A DNA stretch of 64,000 nucleotides from Schizochytrium sp. TIO01 (Eukaryota; Protista; Bigyra: Labyrinthulomycetes), in assembly GCA_004764695.1 (NCBI GenBank), contig SMSO01000031.1, positions 1,712,436-1,776,435 on the forward strand, given 5' to 3'. This document shows, in pieces, positions 44,766-53,872 of this stretch. Position numbers and translations under genes: made by a program. The notes beneath the pieces are model-generated. The model worked only from the letters and a program-made list of their open reading frames with translations. It was not told the origin of the DNA and searched no databases. Within the stretch, counting starts at the first letter, position 1, and each line of letters starts with the position of its first letter.

Positions 44766-47097
44766 TTTGCTTGAGTGTACTTGGTTTCGTTGGCTGACCC
44801 GGAATTTAGCAGATGCTTCTTCAAATTGTGACAAAGTTCTTGGATGTCCTGGTGATTACGATTTGCTGTCTACTTTTTCAAATCGATGATGCTTTCTTGT
44901 TTCCTCAGAATCCTCAAGCTCCAAACGATCCTTTGCTCTTTTGTCACTTTCCCATTGTTTTCCTCCCGCCCCTCTGAACGCCTCTGCCTCCTTCCCGCGC
45001 CCCTCTCACTTCCTCACAAGCAATCTAATAAACTACGCATTGCCTCACAATCCATGCACGAAAACCTGGGAACTACACTCCCACCCCACTGCCCTACAAA
45101 ACCACATACAAATATCTCAAATGTTAGAATCCCCCCACTCACTCCTCTGTGAGGATAGGACCTTTTTCCTCTCGGATCCTTTTTCGGAAAGAAGGCCCCG
45201 TTCGAACACTCTTTCTCTCTGTCTCCTCTTTTCCCTAATCAAATAATGCTCGCATGCATTTTAGTACGCCTCCGCAACGCACTAGCAGGAAGACGGCGGC
45301 GTCTTTTATTCTCTCCCTCTGCCCCTCACCATCGCGTCCTAAAATACGTCGCTTCAGAACGCCCTAGCGAAAGCACTGCCGGGGCCTTAGTCATGCACTT
45401 TATTCGTAGTGCGCCCAGACGCGCAAATCCTGCCCGACCGAGTCGGCTGTCAGCAGGACATTTATAGGCGGGTCCTATCTCGCCGAAGAGGCCTCTCCGA
45501 AGGCCAAACAGCCGTTCCTCTGCCACGAAAACACGCTCCCTGCGAGCCCTGCTCTGCCCAGGTTGGCAGGCAACCGCGGTGTCGAGGCCGTCTGAGGAGG
45601 CATCCTAGAGCGATGGCGGAGCGAAAGATAGCAAGAGAGAAAGAAAGAATGAGAGATAGCAAGAGAGAAAGAAAAGAACGAAAGAACGCGTATTTTAATC
45701 CTCCTTGGCGAGTCACGAATTGAATAAAATACGAAATTTGAAATTGAAGAGCCTAGCAGTGCCTAGTAGCACCCAGATAGGCCTGCTTACCGACCGGCCT
45801 AACTACGAATCTTCATTTGAATTTGAAAAGGAAAGGGCTCAAGAGAAAGAAAGGACTCACGAAAGAGCAGTAAAGTTGTTCTTTCGAGACAGCAAATCCA
45901 ATTCAAACGCAAGTGCTGCAGGAACGGAGGATGCCTGCACTCGACTCGATGGCAGCGAGGCTGCAGGTACCCAGGGCGCTCGAGAGATCGACCAGGCGAT
46001 GTAAGCTGATGCAGGATAGATTTGTGCTCAGGTGCGCCGCCGCGAAAGGCTTTTGGTTCATGACGCGCCCGACATCGGCGCTTTTCGGCCTCTGAAGTTC
46101 CAAGCTTTGAGGGCCTTTGCGCCATCATTTATTCCATCATCGCCACTATTGTTATGCCTCAGCTAAGGGTAGTATTAGGAGTACCCTGCTTGAATCAAGA
46201 ACGATTCCCAAAACTGCTGTACTAGTGTATGTACACAGCACTGCCAATCGCAGCCATTGATGACTTTGGGTGAGGCTGTCCGAGTCTGAGAAAGGGTTCT
46301 CGGATGGTTCGCAGGCGTGCTGCACCACGGAGATGGTTTGAGAATGGCTTGTGGGCTGCATCTTCCCGACCTTGAGAGAAATGTGGACAACGCAAATTAT
46401 AATGAAAATCAGTTGCTCAGAAAGAACAGTCGGAACGAGACGATTATAGTATGGGTCAACCAACAGTGATGTTTTTGGTTTGGTTTGAGTACTTGCCCAA
46501 GTTGGAAAAACAAGATTGATAGGGATTGCCTCCTGATTATGCAAACCACAGCATGAAACGTAGGCACTAGGACCGTCTTTAGATATCGTACCTGTCTAAC
46601 TTGATCATTGATGGTGACGTAGTTCCAATGCTCGCTGTCTCGTTCATCACTCTCATGCCTATTTTTCATTTGAAATTCCTAACGAACAAAATATAAAATG
46701 AACCTAGCCAGCGCATGGTAAAGTCACTGTGATAGCTCCGACATCGTTGTTGCCCATCACAGTGGGAGAGCGCTGCCCTACATGGCGCCTGCTTGTTTTG
46801 CAGACAAAGTCACAATCACTTACAAATGAATTGATTCACCCCCTTGATGACAATTAATCATCCCATCTGATAATTTCCTGATTAGGCTCAGAAGGAGAAG
46901 GGGCTGTAAAGGTACACGCTTCTGGTTCAAGTCATTTCGAAGGTCAGTTCTTACTTGAAGAAAGCTGTGACACAGATAGAGAGGAACCGGCAAATGCTGT
47001 GCAGTCCAATTTTGCTTGAACTCAATACCAGGAAGTTATAAATGCCGTTAATGGTCAAGTATGGTATTATAAGAACCATCGCTTTCCCGATGCATTT

Positions 47098-49839
47098 ATG
47101 TCCATGATGGACTCTGGAAAAGAAGTACCCCGACAAGGGGAACATATCCTAGCAAACACAAACTGTAAACTTGTGATTAAGTATGAGACTATTAACGATC
47201 ACAAGTCAGTGTATGGGTTCCAGCGTAGGTGTGGGAAACTTGTCAAGATCTACACTCTCAGTCCGACCATCACCAAGGCTCTGTTTGCGTCTCTTTCTAA
47301 AAAACACCCTGGTTGGTTATTTTTTGAGGCTAATCTCTGCCCGGTCTCGAAGTTCATGGTATCACATGATATTGCTACTGGTACTGCCGTCACATTTGAG
47401 GGCACAAAACTTGCTGAAAACAAACTTAGCTGTACGGCAAAGTACCATATTGGTTCTTGTACTAAGCTCCATCGCACACCAGATCCAGACGTACCACTTT
47501 ATATTCCCAGAAATATGTACTTTGACATTGAATGTCTCACTTATGATGTGAACGTCTTCCCTTATCCAGAACGTTGTCCTGTGATTCAGATTTCATTTGT
47601 TATTTCAGATGGAACGAAAGACATTATTCGCCAAGGTGTTCTATGTTTACAGGAGACGCCTAGTTCAGATGACTACATATCGTTTGAATCGGAAGACCAA
47701 ATGCTAGTTTACTTTGCTAAACTTGTACGCGAGTATTCGATCGAATTCATGATTGGTTACAATAGCAACCAATTTGATATGCCTTACATTCTTAGCCGGA
47801 TGGATGTTCTATGTATTCCCTACGCAAAAGAGTTGACATGGAGGCATGGTTGTAAATTGAGCTTTAAGAAGGTATCCCGTTCTAGTAATCAAAGTGGAGA
47901 ACGTGTTGTGAATATTTACAATTCACCTGGTATGACCATGATGGATATGTTCGAAATATTAAAGGCTGATGTTACCTTGCGACTCCGGTCATACTCATTG
48001 AAGTCTGTTTGTTCACATTTTTTGCACGATGACAATAAAGAGGATCTCAGGTATCGTGATATTCCTGAATTTTTTAAGAGTCCTCAGGGGAGAGCCACGA
48101 TAGCAAAATACTGTCTAAAAGATTCGCTTTTGTTGTTGTCACTTGACCGCGTTGCGTCGTTGGTCGTGAAATCGCTTGGTATGGCTAGTGTCCTTGGTAC
48201 AAATGCCAATGTCGTCTTGGACAAGGGGCTAGTATTTAAGCTCATTAGCAAGATTCAGCATTATACTCGTGCATCAAACTTCCTCATCCCGAGTTTTACC
48301 AAAAGTCAGAAGCCAACCTTTGAAGGGAGCTACGAAGGTGCGTTTGTACTTGAACCCACTGTTGGTTATCACAAAGATCCTGTTGTGGTCTGTGATGCTG
48401 CTTCTCTTTACCCTAGTGTGATGCGTTGTGATAATTTGAGTTGGGATACTTACTGTCTGAATGATCATGATCGTGCGTTACACCCTGATGACTATAAACT
48501 CATCGACAAAGAGTATTTTATTGCCAAGCGTGTTCATGAAGGTATCTTTGTTAAGATGCAAACTGATCTGGCGCGCGAACGCAAAGAAGCCAAGAATGCA
48601 CGCGACAAATTCGATGCAGACTCTGATGGATACAATGTGTACGAATCCATCCAACTGGGAACAAAGATCGTCATGAATTCACTGTATGGTATGCTGGGTT
48701 CCAAAGACGCGACCGTTCCTTTGTTGCCACTTGCGCGAACTATTACGGGGCGTGGTCGTTTTATGCTAATGATGTTCAAAGAGTACGTAGAAGCAAATTA
48801 TACTATGTTGACTGGAGAACCTCTTGCTGCGATTGTTATTTATGGTGATACAGATTCAATTTTCTTCAAACTGCCTGGTGTGGGTATTGAAAAGGCGATT
48901 TCGTATGGCCATCTCATTGAGAAAAGTTTTCGTGCAGACTGCCTCAATGGATATGCGCCTCACAACTTTGAGTATGAAAAAACCTTTTACCCCTTTATGA
49001 TTTCTAAAAAGAAAAACTACATTGGGGCTCTCTATGAAAATGACCCAACCAAATTTAAACTCAAAGCCATGGGTATCACTTATATTCGCCGTGATACTGC
49101 GCTCTTATGTACGAGTGCAATGAAAGGATTTTTTGAGAAATTCATCGTCGAAAAGGATGAGGATGCTGCGTACAATCACGTGAAGTCCACCATGGAAGAT
49201 CTATTTGCAGGTAGGATCCCCTTAGAAGAATTTGGTATTACTAAAAAGATCAACAAGATAGGTGGGTCAGGCAATGGAAAACCAGGTGCTCACATTGATT
49301 GTTGGAAGCGCATGGTGAGCCGTTTAGGGCCTGCCGAATGTCCCGTTCTGGGTGAACGGTTTGAATATGTCGTTCTCCGCAAAGAGCACAAACGCACCGA
49401 TGTCCAGCATGCTCTTATTGATATGGAGCTTGCCCGTTCGATGCAAAACGTTCCGCTTGATTACAATTACTACTCCACAACGTTCATTGATAAACCCATG
49501 CGTACTTATTTGGAGTATGCATTCGGTAGATTAAAATCGGAGAAGTTACTGCGTCCATCCAGCTACACCGAGACCTCTGTGGCTTCGTCTAGGGAGGGAG
49601 ACATGTTAAGTCACTTGGGTTGTCAAACTTATGTAACGAACACGCGTATAAGGTCCGAGGAAGGGCCGGATATTTCGGAAAGATACTCTACGCGTCAAGT
49701 ATCTTTATCATTAGATGGTAAGGTGCTCAAAAATATCACCGCACCCCCTCCGAAAAAGAAAAAGATGGATAAAAAGGCCGTTAAACCGCCCAAGTCTAAG
49801 GAACTCATCAGCAGCTTCTTCGCAAAGACAACAAAGTAA
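47098..49839 (+). CDS. polB: Viral family-B DNA polymerase
   Basis: ExoI YFDIE, ExoII GYNSNQFDMPYI, ExoIII YCLKDS, region II DAASLYPS, III KIVMNSLYG, I YGDTDS; no C-terminal Cys motifs of Pol delta. The frame appears to continue upstream past a TGA at 47017. Confidence 0.95.
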   Translation: MSMMDSGKEVPRQGEHILANTNCKLVIKYETINDHKSVYGFQRRCGKLVKIYTLSPTITKALFASLSKKHPGWLFFEANLCPVSKFMVSHDIATGTAVTFEGTKLAENKLSCTAKYHIGSCTKLHRTPDPDVPLYIPRNMYFDIECLTYDVNVFPYPERCPVIQISFVISDGTKDIIRQGVLCLQETPSSDDYISFESEDQMLVYFAKLVREYSIEFMIGYNSNQFDMPYILSRMDVLCIPYAKELTWRHGCKLSFKKVSRSSNQSGERVVNIYNSPGMTMMDMFEILKADVTLRLRSYSLKSVCSHFLHDDNKEDLRYRDIPEFFKSPQGRATIAKYCLKDSLLLLSLDRVASLVVKSLGMASVLGTNANVVLDKGLVFKLISKIQHYTRASNFLIPSFTKSQKPTFEGSYEGAFVLEPTVGYHKDPVVVCDAASLYPSVMRCDNLSWDTYCLNDHDRALHPDDYKLIDKEYFIAKRVHEGIFVKMQTDLARERKEAKNARDKFDADSDGYNVYESIQLGTKIVMNSLYGMLGSKDATVPLLPLARTITGRGRFMLMMFKEYVEANYTMLTGEPLAAIVIYGDTDSIFFKLPGVGIEKAISYGHLIEKSFRADCLNGYAPHNFEYEKTFYPFMISKKKNYIGALYENDPTKFKLKAMGITYIRRDTALLCTSAMKGFFEKFIVEKDEDAAYNHVKSTMEDLFAGRIPLEEFGITKKINKIGGSGNGKPGAHIDCWKRMVSRLGPAECPVLGERFEYVVLRKEHKRTDVQHALIDMELARSMQNVPLDYNYYSTTFIDKPMRTYLEYAFGRLKSEKLLRPSSYTETSVASSREGDMLSHLGCQTYVTNTRIRSEEGPDISERYSTRQVSLSLDGKVLKNITAPPPKKKKMDKKAVKPPKSKELISSFFAKTTK

Positions 49840-49886
49840 AAATTAATGATATATTGCGATTACAATATGTGTAAGACCAATTGAAC

Positions 49887-52409
49887 ATGGTTATGAACAT
49901 TGAGGATAAAGAGATTGGTCGCGTTGTTTTTCAACCCACAAGTAATGTGGAGATTGCGTCTTCAATTTCTAAAGTCATTGTTGATGTTGCCTCGCCAACA
50001 GTTATATTCAAGAATAACAACACGCTTCACGACTTACGTTTTGGTGCATTCTTAAACATGCCTTGTGGTACATGTAAAAAAAGCTCCCGAGACTGTCCAG
50101 GTCATTTTGGGCATTGCGTCCTTGTTCGTCCTGTGGTTAATCCGATATTTATCAAACCTCTGTTAACTATGATTCTAAAAACATTTTGTGGTAAATGTGG
50201 AAAGGCGGATTGTAAGGAAAAGCACTTTTACTACAAGCTTTCAAAAGTGCGAAAACAACACCCTCTTATGTCAAGTGTGCGATCGGCCAAAAAGAGGCGT
50301 AAACTTTCCGAAGATCATCAGGGTCAGGAGGAGGAGGGTGAAAAGTTAATGGATAACATTTTGGCAAATGCAATGAAACGTGCTGGCTTGAAATTTTATT
50401 TCAAGAGAACAATGCCCGATGAGAATGGAAATGAAATTATTGTCTCTAGCTTCGAGGTTTATCAATTCATTGCTAGCATCCCTAAAGAGACTTACATGCA
50501 AGTTTTGGACAACAAGGTTTTTGAATCCTACCGGGACTTGGCTGATGCTGTTTTCATAGAAAATCTTCCAATTCTACCTATAACAGTTCGTTTCCCCATT
50601 GTTTCAAAGGGAACATGGTATCCCAGTCACATTACAAGTCTTTACAGTACAATCCTGAAAAAGAATGCTCAGTTACGGAACGCTATAGAACGAAAACTCC
50701 ATAGTGGCCTTATTGAAGAGTACCATCACGAACTATAAGATGCTGTAAATATCCTTTTTGACATTAAAAACACAACACAGTCCTTACGAGTAAAAACATC
50801 TGATGCCGGTGGACTGCGTCAAATGATAGATCGTAAAAAGGGCATTGTACGGGGTAATTTAATGGGCAAGCGAGTTGAATTCTCTGCACGAAGCGTCCTC
50901 TCGGGTGATCCTAAGTTGGGTCTAAATGAAGTGGGTCTTCCAATCTCTATTTGTAAAAATTTGACTGTTCCACGCGTTGTCAATGTATATAATAAACATA
51001 TGCTTACAAAGTGGTCTATACGTTATGTAACAAAAAGGTGTAATGGTAAACGGTTTGATGCTAGTCTTTTAAGTAATGTCGCTGAATTCGTGGAGGTCGG
51101 TGATACTATCGAGCGTAGTTTGGAGAATGGGGATATTGTGGCCGTAAATAGGCAACCGAGTCTTCACAGAGGCTCTATGACAGCCATGCGGGTCAGGATG
51201 TTCCCTTGCGACACAATCAGAATAAACTATTCAAGCTTACCATCATTTAATGGTGATTGTGATGGAGATGAATTTAATATTCATGTTCCCCAAAGTGACG
51301 AGGCTCGAGCTGAACTCGAAGAGCTCATGATGATGAGTAGTAGTATCGTGTGTAGTCAAAGTAGTAAGCCTTTACTAGGTCTTACCCAAGATAGTTTACT
51401 TGGTGCTCATTTGATGTCTAACCACCCCTTAGAAGAGGTTGATTTTGGAAGCATTTTGTATCAAGCTGGTGTGGAGGTTGCGTATGAGAACTTTATTATC
51501 CCGGTCCTACTTAAACCCAAGCGGCTGTATGTCGGTTTCCAGCTCATCAACTGTGTCTTGCGGGATCTAGAAATTGATCTTGGTGAATACTATAATCATG
51601 CAGGAGTTCTCATCCGAAATGGTGAAATTATAGAGGCTACATTTACTAAGGCTACATTAGGGATTGCTGATAATAGTCTCATTCATAGAGTTTTTCTCAT
51701 GTATGGCCATAATAAAGCGTGTCTATTTTTGGAACGTGTACAACGTGTGGCAGAGCATTTTATGGATTACCATGGTTTCTCAGTGGGTATTTCGGATTGT
51801 GTAGTAGAGCACACACCCCTAAACATTGATGGTGTTGATAGGGTAATCCGAGAAGACTTGGAAATGCGCGGAAGAATGCCAGATGAGGATAAGCTTTGTG
51901 CTGCTTTAAATAGCATTACACAGATTGCAGCCCCTGAGTCTTGCATAGGTAATAATCGCATTTTAGACATGATCAACGGTGGTTCAAAGGGTTCGATGGT
52001 CAACTTTAATCAAATTACTCGGATGCTTTCACAACAGTTTAGCGCCCAAGGCCGTCTGCTTCCTGAGATGAGTAACGAAACAAGGTACCTACCTCATTTA
52101 ACAAAGTTTGATTACTCTCTAGAGGCACGTGATTTTATTAAGAACTCATTTATCAAGGGCCTGACACCAATCGAGTTTTGGTCACATGCCAAGCCATCTC
52201 GCATCAATTTGATAGATACATCGTGTAAAACAAGTGTGACGGGTGATCAACAGCGACGTCTCGTGAAGACTCTGGAGAGAATTGTTGTGAACGACGCTGG
52301 CTCAGGTTCACGTATTGTACAAAATATGACCAACGGTCAGGTTGTTAGTTTCCAGTATGGTGAAGATGGTCTCGATGGGACGTATATGAGAACATTTGAT
52401 GAATTATAG
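49887..52409 (+). pseudogene. Viral RNA polymerase largest subunit, N-terminal half (RPB1/A'-like), in-frame TAA at 50736-50738
   Basis: CGTC...CPGHFGH zinc clamp, RGNLMGKRVEFSARSV, NRQPSLH, active site NGDCDGDEFN, GSKGS, QRRLVK, QYGEDG. ORFs 49881-50738 and 50823-52409 share a frame, with only the TAA between. Confidence 0.92.
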
Positions 52410-52417
52410 AAACCTAG

Positions 52418-52636
52418 ATGACATCAAAAACGGCTCTATTGATTTACCTGGGAGGGTATATCTTCCACAATTTGGGCTTGCGAGAAAAACTTTCATGGGC
52501 TCTTATATCATATATTTGGAAACGCCAGTATCATGCATTGAAATCAACCAAGACGCTTGGCATATCTTTTGAAATTGTAAACCCTGATAGTGAGTGTAGT
52601 GATGATGACCTATTAGAAAGATATATTGTCTTCTAA
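52418..52636 (+). CDS. Small hypothetical viral protein (72 aa)
   Basis: ATG 8 nt after the RPB1 stop, co-oriented, acidic C-terminus; no recognised family. Confidence 0.45.
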   Translation: MTSKTALLIYLGGYIFHNLGLREKLSWALISYIWKRQYHALKSTKTLGISFEIVNPDSECSDDDLLERYIVF

Positions 52637-52674
52637 CTTTTACTTTAAAAAGAAAATAAGTCAACACACCATTC

Positions 52675-53144
52675 ATGAGTTTGGAAGACATTATTGATCG
52701 ATTGGATACAAAACTGCTCGTCCGTTATGTAACTTATGATGGCCCCCTTGCCTACCATAATGTGTATAGTCTTGTAAGGAAAAAACTTTGAAGAAATAAC
52801 CAGTTTCATAGAGACCCGAATTATTATTATATTTTCTTGCATTTTGTGACTGACTTTTTAAGAGAGCAAGTCCCCAGTATAAAGGTTTATTTCAGAATAT
52901 TTTGATTGATTTCATACGACTTACTTCTCGTCAGAAAGATCATTCTCATTATAATCACACTCGGGATATGGCATATTACGTATGGTTTCCAGAGCTGTTT
53001 TTCCCGTCTATCAAATATAGTCAGTGTGCGGAAAGAATATTGGGCTTACAAAGTATGGTTATGCAGAATAATGCCATTGATGGGCTTCATCATGAAGTCT
53101 GGTCTACATTTCTAGTAACTAAACCTCTATACGAATATTGTTAG
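52675..53144 (+). pseudogene. Disrupted hypothetical viral gene
   Basis: MSLEDIIDRLDTK...RKKL*RNNQF (TGA 52789), then an apparent frameshift near 52875 into QYKGLFQNILIDFIRLTS...YEYC. Confidence 0.5.
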
Positions 53145-53192
53145 ATGGACAGTATTGCATAATGTTACAAAAGTATGGGTTTCGATAGTTGA

Positions 53193-53864
53193 ATGGATTT
53201 GGAGTTTGGCAACCTCAAGTTTAGTCGAGGTGTTGAAAAGTTACGCAAGGTTCTAAATGCGCACTATCGGAACATTAAAAGGTTTTCTATATTTTTTGTA
53301 TGTGTCCTACTGAGCGTATCGATCAAGTTGGCTTCAATGAATGTGAACTATGTTGCAAGTACAGTTGATTCTATGGGAGAGGCTATTACTCTTTCTGAAC
53401 CAACTTACACACCATTCCATTTGACAACTGAACTAGTCGCCACACCCGTCGAGGGGACACAGCAATTTCCCATCAAACAAAGTGCGATGAATCAGAAGAT
53501 GCAAACACTCAATCTAGTTGCTGCGATCTCAAGCGTAGAGACCTTTTTGGAAAACACAGGCTCTAGGTGCATTCATCTTAAATACTTTGGTGTACCTTAT
53601 GATCTTATTGTGTTCAAGCATAACCATGCACTTGATGAAGCAAGTACGTCACCGTATGACATTATTGTTAATCCCGAAGTTCGCGAAGTTTCTGCAACTT
53701 TGCATAGGCGTGAAGTAGAAAATATTTATGGAGAAATGGAATATATCAAGCTACCGAGTTACCTAATCATGGATTATAAGAACGCTGACTTGGAGAGTCA
53801 ATATGGTGAAAAGTTCACTGACGAACTAGGTTATTGCCTTTGGTATTTTCTTCGTAAAACTTGA
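53193..53864 (+). CDS. Membrane-anchored, catalytically degenerate peptide-deformylase-fold protein
   Basis: Hydrophobic FSIFFVCVLLSVSI; PDF-like order FGVPYDLIVF, IIVNPEV, LIMDYKN, ELGYCLWY; lacks GxGxAAxQ, EGCLS and HExxH. Confidence 0.55.
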   Translation: MDLEFGNLKFSRGVEKLRKVLNAHYRNIKRFSIFFVCVLLSVSIKLASMNVNYVASTVDSMGEAITLSEPTYTPFHLTTELVATPVEGTQQFPIKQSAMNQKMQTLNLVAAISSVETFLENTGSRCIHLKYFGVPYDLIVFKHNHALDEASTSPYDIIVNPEVREVSATLHRREVENIYGEMEYIKLPSYLIMDYKNADLESQYGEKFTDELGYCLWYFLRKT

Positions 53865-53872
53865 AAGAAAAC

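Noticed and set aside
43932-44774. 280-aa ORF antisense to TPI (likewise 58355-59188 antisense to GLO1)
   Set aside because: Shadow frames caused by strong codon bias in highly expressed genes; no independent motifs.
46758-46764. CACAGTG as a RAG/Transib recombination signal
   Set aside because: No nonamer and no transposase; heptamers only 26 nt apart; chance is likely.
50736-50738. Stop-codon reassignment (TAA=Gln) in the viral genes
   Set aside because: Only one such TAA in ~840 codons, PolB ends normally at TAA, and neighbours carry TGA stops and frameshifts; decay is simpler.
47098-52409. Host Pol delta and Pol II genes, or a Polinton
   Set aside because: No Pol delta C-terminal Cys motifs, no RPB1 C-half or CTD, divergent motifs; the PolB is RNA-primed type and sits beside an RNAP subunit, unlike Polinton pPolB.
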